NCBI GenBank assembly: GCA_048013815.1
Contig: CM106585.1
Span: forward strand, 13,950,001-14,014,000
Reading direction: 5' to 3'
DNA from: Setoptus koraiensis
Lineage: Eukaryota > Animalia > Arthropoda
DNA length: 64,000 bases
Below, piece by piece: positions 49,896 to 59,861 of this stretch. The notes under the pieces were generated by a model. It was not told where the DNA came from. It ran no database searches and worked only from the letters and a program-made list of their open reading frames with translations. Made by a program: the position numbers and the translations under genes. Position 1 is the stretch's first letter. Every line of letters begins with the position of its first letter.

Positions 49896-49947
<52 letters not shown>
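49896..49947. repeat. (CA)n microsatellite, longest in window
   Basis: Read directly. Other (CA/TG)n tracts lie near 3669, 6199, 10331, 14836, 24632 and 44101. Confidence 0.92.
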
Positions 49948-49950
<3 letters not shown>

Positions 49951-52365
49951 CAAATGTTGCAGCAGTTCTCTGTGTGAGTATTTCTGTGCAGTCCCCAATG
50001 CATAGCTAGGCTTCTCTAGAATATAATTCATATGTTATATGTAATTCGCGGCTGTATATTTCGAGCAGCAATTGGTTTCCATGACAGCCCAACGTTGTAA
50101 ATGTGCATTGACCGTTGGCCTAGGTGACCCTCGGTGCAACATGTGCTGTCTATGTATTTAGGGGGCCGGGTACGTGCAATGAATGCTCGCATATTCCCAG
50201 TTTCCAGTCTGACATATCAACCACATTATATTTTCGAGGGCCGTGGGTCAAATGGCTGGCCAAATGTCCACATATGCATACGATCACATACATCTATCGA
50301 GGTTCCAATTGGATGATGTGGTCACCGTTTGAGAACAAGGCCGAAACGTTGATGAGAGAAGCAATGAAAAAAACAGCAGCATCAGTAGAGAGAAAATATT
50401 TAGAGATATGTCTTTGACCCCAATATCAATTTGACCGTGTGATGTTTTGCCCCTATGACTCCAGATTGCGGAGTTCGAAGTGCTCAAGAGCACATGCAAG
50501 TGGACATTGGGCTGGGCATTGCGATGAATTCCATTCATCAGAGCAACTGGCGAGTGTTCATTTCACAGAAATGAACCCAAATGCTGAAAAAGTAATTCTC
50601 AACTCATCGGCTCTCCTGTCGTCGTCGTCGTCGCGTTGTCCTCAATTGGCGAGGTTAAAGTTGATTACTTATTACACGATTATTGTTTTCTAGCTGCGAC
50701 GATATTTGTCATGCCTAACTAATACCGACACACTTCAGTCATCTACTGAGATTTTGAATACCACCAACTTGCTTGCTGCGCTGCTGCAACGACACGCTTG
50801 GTACCACAGAAAAAGAGTTGTAAGTTTTTTGTTATTGTTATGGTTGTTTGTTGGCTCGATCAGAGGCAGATTTGCATATGCATCATTTAAGTCAGACTGT
50901 GCACATCATGACAGATCATGCGTAATCAGACAAGTTATTGCGAGAGAAATTGTTGCTTGAGGAACCGGAGGAGTGAGAAGAAGAGACGAGCGGCCAGCCT
51001 TCGAATCAATTCATCTTGCCTATACATATTATTGCCATTAGGTAGTGGCATGTACGAGATGTAGTCCAAATGAGGAAGCTTTGTAGCCGTTGTTGTTGTT
51101 GTTGTTGTTGTTGTTGTTGCTGTTGTTGTAGCATTGGAATTATTCGGTCATCAAGGCTTGTTTTATACATCGGTGGTTATCTGTTGTTGTTGCTGCTGTT
51201 GTCGTTTCATAACAGCAACAACAACTTGTTCGCTGTTGTTGAAGCAGCGAGCTAGGCAGATTATGCTTTCACTTGGCAGCTCGATTTGAGCTGCTCATGC
51301 TCGAAAAATTACAATAAGCGTTTGCCTTTGTTGTGCAATTTGTTGTTGTTTGATACTGGACTCGCTCTCTTCATCGCTGTTTGCCTCTATCATAATCATT
51401 ATGCCGACAACCAACTAACTAACGAGATTTGCCTTTCATTTATATTAGTACACGATTGTTGTTTATGAATTTATTTTTGGCAACGCTCTCTAGTTGTAAC
51501 CAAGCGCATTGCCAGCCAGCCAGCCAGCCAGTCGGCGAGCCATTCCACCAGTCGCAACTACGAACAAATACTAACTACTAACTACTGACACTACCAGCTA
51601 ATACTATCACTACGAGCTCACGAATAGGAAAAGCGCGAGGGAGAGGCGAAGCAAAAAGTTTTTGTTATTTAACGCCCACCTTTATTAACTATTCATAACA
51701 GACATAATTTTATCATCAGTCACAGTACTTGTTGTGTTTTAATATAAAACAGTAATACTATATTAGCAGTAGTGCCGGCAGTTGTTGTACAGGCTGAATT
51801 GTTATTTGTATACAACTGTTGTCCGCTATTACAACTAACAACTGAGAGAGCAAATAGAGAAAGAAAAAAACAAACAAATAATAAATACCAAATATAGTAT
51901 AAAGTAGGTGATGCCATTGCAATTTATAAATAAAGTACAATCCGATACACCTGCACACTAACGGTACCATCGACTACTGCATCCGACAACTTGATGAGGC
52001 AACGCAAACTACAGACACACTAACGGTAACAACAGCAACAACAACTAGAGCAACACTAGAGAAACGTGCTCGACTAAATCCACTAATTGGTCTCAATTGA
52101 TTACTACTCGTATATTTTTAGCCCTCTTCATACTCGATGATCTTGTTGCTCGGTCTGTCTATTGTAGGTTGAAATATTGAAAAATGCCTCTACCACTTAA
52201 CAGCGACAACACCAACAACAACATTGCTAGACGACTAAAGATCAAGATAGAGACGGATTGAAGACAAAGACGAGTTTGGACGAAACTAAACGAAACGAAA
52301 CGCAACCACTGCAACGAAAACAAGACAAACAGGTAGGCAGAGTCAGTTCTCTTGTCTGTTGAATT

Positions 52366-54516
52366 ATGCCAACTCGACATGATAACGAGAAAAACATCTG
52401 CGTCGTTGTCGCTACCAACAACAATAGTAACAAAAGTCATACAAGCCACAAACAATTTAATCAAAAACTTGAGTCACCTTGCCTCAATCGCAATCAACAG
52501 CACCATCATCATAGAAACATTGTAGTAAGAGCAACGACAAAACCCTATGCCATTGCTGCCACGACCACAACATCCGACAACAACTGTATCACATCATCAC
52601 AATCAAATGGAACACAGTGTAACAATAACATCAGATCGTCGAATGCAAGCTCGGCCAAGCCACCAACATCGAGGCCTTCGCCAGTGAGCGGCCATCTAGA
52701 CAGCAGGCAACAGCGTCAGGCGACTAATCAACAACAATCCAATAGCACGCAAACAAGAACAGTATTGATTACAAACATTCACGACAATCATTTCAATAGT
52801 AACAGTGGCACCAATATGACCAGCCACCAATCTGTTGTCAGGACAATGCACCAACAACACTCTCAACAGATAGGCTTGGGGCCCCCAACAAATACGGCGG
52901 CGCGCGCCGGACGTCGCAACGACGCCGCAGTGTCCGTTGTGAGACCAGTCATGAAATTGGCCGGTGATTTCAACTTTCCTGATTTAACCTCGCCCCTAAA
53001 TAGTATTCTTAAAGGCAACAACACAACAACTGTCAATATCGGCGGCAACAACAACAATATGAAGCATGCATCAACAAATGTCGGCAACACCAGTGTTCTG
53101 ATCAGGGATATGTCTAGTCAACAACAACAACAACAAGTAACATCGCCAGTTCTTAATTATCAACAATTGCAGGACCAACATCAATTGCACCAATTGCATC
53201 AGCTATTATTGATGCACCAACAGCAGCAGCAACAGCAGCATCACATTAAAAAACAATCCAATGACGCATCGTACGATGAATTGAAGTTGCTGAAAAAATA
53301 CGACGATTTATATGATGAGATTGCCAATGATAAGTCAGGAAAACAGATCGATGGCTCTATTTGTGATACCTTGTCCTCTTGGTTGGACTCATCCAAATAC
53401 AACCAATATTCGTCATCGCAACAGAACCTCAATGATCTCGCCATCGGACAGCAACCACAACAAAATCAACAAATATTTGCCGCATCTATAGCCGAACCAT
53501 ATCAACAGTTAATGGTGCAAAACAATAATCAATTAACTAGCTCTGCTTCCCTTACGTCGCTGTTTCTTGCCAGCAACGGCACACCATTGTCCACGGATAA
53601 CTCCATTGACGGAGCCAGTAAATCATTGCATAATCGTATGCTGTTACGCAAGGAACAGGAATTAGCCAAATTGATTAAGCGTCAGCATGGCCTGTTATGT
53701 CAGACATTACAATATAGAAGGAAACAATTGCACATTATTTACGCCATTTGGAAGTCCAAGGATTTCAAGCGAGCCGTCGAGCAGGCAGTGCTATCCTATG
53801 AGGATGGCCTCATGGCCGAGGGCCAACAAGCGACCTGCTCCTCATCAAGTGCCTGTATAATAGTGGACGTGTTGAGCGTAATAAACTTGAGGCCAACCCT
53901 GTGGACCTTGGATATTTGTCAGCTGCTACTGCCGCCTCTTGTCAATGATTTATTGCAATCTAAATATGACTACTATGTTCAAGTGGCCAGTCAATCGCTG
54001 CAGTTGATAGTGAAAAATTTCAGTTCCGTTATCAAGACCACCATACAGGCCGCAGCGACAGCCGCCCCTTCTATTGGTGTCGACATAACAAGAGAAGAGC
54101 GATACAACAGGTGTATGAGTTGTTGCAATCTTCTACTTAATGCTCGCTCTATAGTGCTCAAGAAGCAGACATGTCCAGGAAAATTGGGCAAAATCTACCG
54201 TGATCTTGCTGTCTACATGATAGCGGCATTAGAGAATTGGCCCCTTCTTATGGAATCATCTGAACAGAGGAACAGGTCGACGCGCAACTTGACAAACAAC
54301 AACAGTGGAACATTGCCGCAAATAAATGAACAACAACGAAAACAACAAGATACACATTATTTGCCAAAGATTGACAGATCGCAACCAGATTGCAACAATG
54401 ACAATGAAAACGCCGGCGGTGCCAGTTGCAACGACGACGACGATAGTAAAGGAGAAACCATTGAAAACGTTTGTGTGATAAATCAAGATAAATGTTCGAA
54501 GGATCCAAGGTCATGA
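52366..54516 (+). CDS. KATNBL1: Katanin p80 C-terminal (con80) domain protein lacking WD40 repeats, KATNBL1-like
   Basis: QHGLLCQTLQYRRKQLHIIYAIW...LWTLDICQLLLPPL...LLQSKYDYYV...GVDITREERYNRC matches con80. The N-terminal half is Q/N low-complexity. An in-frame TGA lies just before the ATG. KATNB1 versus KATNBL1 orthology is not resolved. Confidence 0.7.
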   Translation: MPTRHDNEKNICVVVATNNNSNKSHTSHKQFNQKLESPCLNRNQQHHHHRNIVVRATTKPYAIAATTTTSDNNCITSSQSNGTQCNNNIRSSNASSAKPPTSRPSPVSGHLDSRQQRQATNQQQSNSTQTRTVLITNIHDNHFNSNSGTNMTSHQSVVRTMHQQHSQQIGLGPPTNTAARAGRRNDAAVSVVRPVMKLAGDFNFPDLTSPLNSILKGNNTTTVNIGGNNNNMKHASTNVGNTSVLIRDMSSQQQQQQVTSPVLNYQQLQDQHQLHQLHQLLLMHQQQQQQQHHIKKQSNDASYDELKLLKKYDDLYDEIANDKSGKQIDGSICDTLSSWLDSSKYNQYSSSQQNLNDLAIGQQPQQNQQIFAASIAEPYQQLMVQNNNQLTSSASLTSLFLASNGTPLSTDNSIDGASKSLHNRMLLRKEQELAKLIKRQHGLLCQTLQYRRKQLHIIYAIWKSKDFKRAVEQAVLSYEDGLMAEGQQATCSSSSACIIVDVLSVINLRPTLWTLDICQLLLPPLVNDLLQSKYDYYVQVASQSLQLIVKNFSSVIKTTIQAAATAAPSIGVDITREERYNRCMSCCNLLLNARSIVLKKQTCPGKLGKIYRDLAVYMIAALENWPLLMESSEQRNRSTRNLTNNNSGTLPQINEQQRKQQDTHYLPKIDRSQPDCNNDNENAGGASCNDDDDSKGETIENVCVINQDKCSKDPRS

Positions 54517-54654
54517 AGACAATGGACAATTTAGAATGTGTATTTTCAGCTGTGCAAACTAATAAATATTGTGATATAGAATTGCGCTTTCCTGGAAATG
54601 GAATAATATTGATTTATTCTATAATAATTTTCTTTTAGTTATTTGTTTCTTAGT

Positions 54655-55254
54655 CTATAATACTCTTCTCACCTCGAAAAAACGCTTCAGGTAATAAACT
54701 TGTCCTATAGACACCATCAATAGAATGATGAGCTCGAAGAATGTCCATGTTATAACTCTCGAATTGGTGGCCTCGTTTATTTGTCTATGAAGCCTATCCC
54801 TAACAGCCATATAGTCTAGATCATGTTTCAATGATATTACCGATGAGCCTAACTCTTGGACCATAGCATCTAGCTTATCTTGTTCCACTTTGCCCTTGTG
54901 TGGCTCTCCAATCTCTAGCGAGAACATGACCACCTTAGGTGTGACTGTGGACATTTTGTTGCCGAAACAATAAGTGTATTTACCGTCTTTATTGGCCTCT
55001 ATGGTGTACTTGCCCGACGAGGCTCTATCTTCCTTATGTAGTATTCCACCATCTGGGTCTTTGATCATGATATCAATATCTAGGAAGCCGCCGTCCGTCA
55101 CCTCAAATGTAAAACCTAGTTTAGTTCCTGCTTTAGCTCGCTCAAAGAAACATTCCTCAGAATGAGCGTCAATAGTTACATAATATGCCTCACATTTATA
55201 AATACATATTGCGGCAATCGCCATAATTGAGATTATAAGCCGGGTCAGAGTCAT
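54655..55254 (-). CDS. TMED2: p24 family cargo receptor TMED2 (p24 beta)
   Basis: Signal peptide; GOLD domain YYVTIDAHSEECFFE...GGFLDID; TNSRV; TM; tail LKRFFEVRRVL. Intronless. Confidence 0.96.
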   Translation of the reverse strand: MTLTRLIISIMAIAAICIYKCEAYYVTIDAHSEECFFERAKAGTKLGFTFEVTDGGFLDIDIMIKDPDGGILHKEDRASSGKYTIEANKDGKYTYCFGNKMSTVTPKVVMFSLEIGEPHKGKVEQDKLDAMVQELGSSVISLKHDLDYMAVRDRLHRQINEATNSRVITWTFFELIILLMVSIGQVYYLKRFFEVRRVL

Positions 55255-56253
55255 TTTGTTGGCCGAGTGCTTGTTCCGTGCGGATATTGAGGCTATTGTG
55301 TTTCAAGTGATGATATTCTCATAGAATTGAATAAATAAAAATCTATGCAACTATCCGGATATAAATATTTGTTAGCATTAGTAACAACAATAAATAAGTA
55401 TATGAAATGTTTATTTTTAATGATAATATTTATTTAGATATAATGACGATACATGTGATAACAAAACTGTAGTCAAACTGTATACAGCTGACGGGGCTTA
55501 AAAAAAGACACGACAGTGCAAAGTTGACCATATGAGCAAACTCTTTCTGCAAGATTCCTACACATGCTAGCCGACGCGGCGCCAAATTCAAATCGCACAG
55601 GTGTCGGCCACCTGGCGGCTTTAGCCTGCATCCAGCGCTGTTACCTGCACAGTACAGCAGTTTTTGTTGTTTTGTTTTGCAATAATTAGAGCGCTATATT
55701 GCAGTCACGATAAACTATAAAGCAGTATAAACTATGAAACTATAAATGATGATCACGGTTCCTCAACGGATATTGTGACAATGGCCCATGGATATTTTCA
55801 TGAACAAACATTTACATCTCACAAGTTGTCAGAGTCATTTACTATCGTGAGCATTCATGGGTGCAGAACACCCGTGTTTTGGAAATACTCACGATCCACG
55901 GACTTGCTGTTGTCGGTTCATCAGCTTTGTCGTTTGACGTGATTAGATCAACGATATGAATCAACACAGCGAATAGGATGACATTTTCTTATCAGTAGCT
56001 TCAAGAAATTATCTCAGGCATTATGAATGCACTGTTGCTGCTTGCGACGACACAAGATGCTATTATCAGCCAGTCGATGGGATCGTAGCGCCGTAGCTTT
56101 GGTACATTGAATGCACAATCAAAAATGGAGTGACAATAGACAAACATCTATGGAGGAATGACAGATTGTCCGATTATGTATTGCATTATCCACTTGTTGA
56201 TATCAAATATCTGTCAGTTAATACTCACTATCTCACTCACTTGAGGTGTTGCC

Positions 56254-59133
56254 ATGTATGGAAACTGGAGGCTCTTCGAAAAACCTTTCCTAGGCTACTC
56301 TACTCGGGCTTTTCGGAGAACGTTTCTTCAACCAATCACCAGCCATCAACTCTTTGGGATTCCTAATATAGCACATCGGAATGTTGGAAGAGAGTTCAGT
56401 CAGGAAAATACCAGTTATGAAGCTGAAACAAAACGAGTGAACAGATTCAAACATATTCAGCTTTGGTATGCCATTGAGCAAATCAGGAGCAATGGCCATC
56501 TGCTGGCACATCTTGATCCACTTGATTTGGAGCGAACAGGCACCAAGCAGCTCTGGGCCAACCCGCTAATTGAGGAGCTCCGTCGAAATAATAGTGTCGT
56601 AGACACTTTAGGCATGCTGCAGACCAATGAAACTAGAGAGAAAATATCGGAAATAATCAAAGAATGCGAACGCATTTACTCATTGATGGGCGTCGGTTTA
56701 GAGTTCAATCATGTAGAAAGTCAAGAGGAGAAAGACTGGATTGCCGATCAATGGGAACTCATTGATCGAGTCTATGAGCAAAAAGATAAGAAAAAACTTG
56801 GCCAACTAATGCTAGAATGCGAGGCATTTGACCATTTCTTGGCCACCAAATTTCCAACGACCAAGAGATATGGTTGCGAAGGTGCCGAGCCAATGATATT
56901 AATTTTCGATGAGATTCTGCGTCAATGTCAGCACCGGAAAGACTATCCTTCTGATATAGTGATCGGTATGCCGCACAGGGGCCGGCTCAATCTATTGGCG
57001 TGCCTATTAGACTTTGACCCGAAAGCCATATTCGCCAAAGTAAATGGTGCCACCGAGCTCGATCTAGATGAAGCTTGGACAGGCACTGGAGATGTTTTGT
57101 CTCATTTGTCTACGAATGTTCACATCATCAAGAGAGGTGTTTCGTCAGATTTGAGAGCGCTCAATGTGAGCCTTTTACCGAATCCATCTCATCTGGAAGT
57201 GGCATCAGCCCTAGTTGTAGGCACTGCTCGTGGTCGAGCTCTCAATAGTCAATTCCAACGTACAACGAGTCCCAAGTTGCGCTATATCGACAGCGATAAC
57301 GAAGCACGGATTTCGGATTATGACTCGATATTACCGATTCAAGTTCATGGCGATGCATCTATTGCTGGTCAAGGTATTGTTATGGAAACGATTCAGACAG
57401 CTAATTTACCTCATTTTACGGTCGGTGGCTCATTGCATTTAGTGGTCAACAATCAAATAGGGTATACAACCGAACCTAGCCAAGGCAGATCATCGAGATA
57501 CTGCACAGATATACTGAAAACTATCAATATGCCAATAATTCATGTCAACGCCGACAATATAGACAGTGTGATAAAAGCCACCCAGTTAGCCTTGTTATAT
57601 CGGACGACTTTTCATAAGGACGTCGCCATAGATCTCATCTGTTATAGAAGACATGGACACAACGAGTTAGATGAGCCCTCTTTCACGCAACCACTAATGT
57701 ATAAGGCTATCCGAAGTCGTGCGTCAATACCAGAGAAATACGCAAAATTCATTGGTATGGAAGATGAGGAAATGAATAAAATTAGCACCACGTTCAAGCA
57801 AAAACTCAATCGTCAATTTGAGACAATCGACACTTTCAAGGCTGACAATGATAACTATCGAAATTTACCTGTTCCGTCGCCTTCTTATTCGGCTTCGATT
57901 CTAAATTGGAAGACAGGCTGTGAGTTGGAGATGCTGAAACAAGTGGCTCTGGCGTCAGTTCGTGTGCCGGATTCATTTCAGATGCATCCCAATTTAGAGA
58001 GGGTGATCAAGAATGATCGTCTACGGAAGTTTTCCCAAGATAAGACGTTAGAAGATGTGCCGATCGACTGGGCCCTGGCTGAAATACTGGCGTTCGGTTC
58101 ACTGATACAGCATGGCCACAATGTCAGGCTTTCCGGTCAAGATGTAGGTCGGGGCACTTTTTCCACTCGGCACGCAGTGTTGGTTGATCAGGTTAGCCAA
58201 GAGGCCTTTATTCCTTTGAATAATATGATAAGTGGACAAAAGCATAAACTTGAAGTGGCCAATACCATATTGTCTGAAGAAGGCGCCTTAGCCTATGAAT
58301 GGGCTCATAGCGTTGAGACGTGCGAGTTGACCATTTGGGAAGCACAATTCGGCGACTTTTTCAATACGGCTCAATCGATATTGGATACAGTTATTAGCAC
58401 GGGCGAAACAAAGTGGCTGAAGCAGTCACCCCTGACACTGCTATTACCTCATGGTCTTGACGGAGCTGGACCAGAGCATTCCAATTCCCACATAGAGAGA
58501 TTTCTGACTGTGTCCAATTCTAGCCAATCTGCGCACAAAATCGACACAGAGGCCAATACGAATTGGTCAGTATGCTATCCAACTTTGCCACATCAATATT
58601 TCCACTTGTTGCGAAGACAAGTGGTGCGCCCATTTGCTAAGCCTCTGGTAGTGTTGTCGCCGAAGATACTCTTTCGGCACCCGGATTGTATAAGTAGGCT
58701 GGATTTGTTTACGAAAGAGCATCACTTTGAGCCCGTGCTCGATGATGCTAATGTAAAAATTGCCAAAGATAAAATCGATACAGTTGTATTATGTTCTGGC
58801 AAGATATGGTTCACGCTGAATGATATCAGACGAGACAAACAGATCAACAATGTGGCCATCGTGCGCCTTGAGGAATTGTGTCCTTTTCCCATTTATCAAT
58901 TGAAGAAGTTACTGGACAAATACTCGAACAAAAGCAGATTGATTTGGCTGCAAGAGGAGCACAAGAACCAGGGCGCTTACAATTTTGTTGAAAGTCGGCT
59001 CAGGAATCTTATCAACTGCCAAATAAACTATATTGGCAGAGATGAAAGCGCACTGCCTGCCGTTGGTAGCTCGAAATTGCATAAACAAGAATCAGAGAAA
59101 ATTCACGAGGCCTTCGTGGCGCTTGCCAGATAG
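56254..59133 (+). CDS. DHTKD1: 2-oxoadipate dehydrogenase E1 (DHTKD1), mitochondrial
   Basis: KRYGCEGAE (DHTKD1-type, versus KRFGLEG in OGDH), GMPHRGRLNLL, TPP motif HGDASIAGQG...VNNQIGYTT, WEAQFGDF, LPHGLDGAGPEHS; Arg-rich N-terminal targeting peptide. Intronless. Confidence 0.93.
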   Translation: MYGNWRLFEKPFLGYSTRAFRRTFLQPITSHQLFGIPNIAHRNVGREFSQENTSYEAETKRVNRFKHIQLWYAIEQIRSNGHLLAHLDPLDLERTGTKQLWANPLIEELRRNNSVVDTLGMLQTNETREKISEIIKECERIYSLMGVGLEFNHVESQEEKDWIADQWELIDRVYEQKDKKKLGQLMLECEAFDHFLATKFPTTKRYGCEGAEPMILIFDEILRQCQHRKDYPSDIVIGMPHRGRLNLLACLLDFDPKAIFAKVNGATELDLDEAWTGTGDVLSHLSTNVHIIKRGVSSDLRALNVSLLPNPSHLEVASALVVGTARGRALNSQFQRTTSPKLRYIDSDNEARISDYDSILPIQVHGDASIAGQGIVMETIQTANLPHFTVGGSLHLVVNNQIGYTTEPSQGRSSRYCTDILKTINMPIIHVNADNIDSVIKATQLALLYRTTFHKDVAIDLICYRRHGHNELDEPSFTQPLMYKAIRSRASIPEKYAKFIGMEDEEMNKISTTFKQKLNRQFETIDTFKADNDNYRNLPVPSPSYSASILNWKTGCELEMLKQVALASVRVPDSFQMHPNLERVIKNDRLRKFSQDKTLEDVPIDWALAEILAFGSLIQHGHNVRLSGQDVGRGTFSTRHAVLVDQVSQEAFIPLNNMISGQKHKLEVANTILSEEGALAYEWAHSVETCELTIWEAQFGDFFNTAQSILDTVISTGETKWLKQSPLTLLLPHGLDGAGPEHSNSHIERFLTVSNSSQSAHKIDTEANTNWSVCYPTLPHQYFHLLRRQVVRPFAKPLVVLSPKILFRHPDCISRLDLFTKEHHFEPVLDDANVKIAKDKIDTVVLCSGKIWFTLNDIRRDKQINNVAIVRLEELCPFPIYQLKKLLDKYSNKSRLIWLQEEHKNQGAYNFVESRLRNLINCQINYIGRDESALPAVGSSKLHKQESEKIHEAFVALAR

Positions 59134-59861
59134 CCGTGTCAACGATAGAGATTAATTACACCGTCACCATGAGATTGTTGTTAGCTTGGCTTTTATTGAC
59201 AAACAAGATACATTAGCAAACAAATGGATCATAGACTAATATTGGCCTCTAGAGCCACTTGATGATGTTTTCCTTAAATCGTAAACACTCTCTTGAGTAG
59301 TGATAGTAACAGTAGAAAATATAGTGATGATTCGTTACTGCGAACCAACTAAAGTAAAAAACAAACAAATCAGAACTGGTAACAATGATATATAAATACT
59401 GTTGCAGTGATAATAAAACAATATATGAGTGCAAATAGTCATCAATGTCTTCATCTCTCTCGGTCAGGTAGTAACTGAATACAATCGTTGACCCGACCCA
59501 TCGATGAAATTGTGGGATATTGATGAAAAAAGAAGCCAACAGGCTGGTGGCTCAAATCATCCCCGTTCATATAAGGACATCTCTAGATATATGCAAGGAT
59601 ATTCGCATACATGTAAATGTATGTTTGGTTGCCGTATAGTTGTATATAGTTCACTAACCAAATAATCTAGCACTGGCAGCATTGGTTTTTCTACTTTTGG
59701 CCCAGATGTATTATTCATTTTTTGTTTTCTGTCGACTTAGGCTGCTTATTGCGTGTGCAAATCAAATAATTAGTGCACAAAACAGGGTAGTATTGATAGC
59801 CAAAAAGTATAATAATATGAACAAAACGTTATTGCATCAGCCGGCATCATTAACAGAATGT

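Noticed and set aside
55780-56250. Upstream exon or small gene before DHTKD1
   Set aside because: All frames are interrupted by stops and no motif was recognised. DHTKD1 already has a plausible targeting peptide from 56254.
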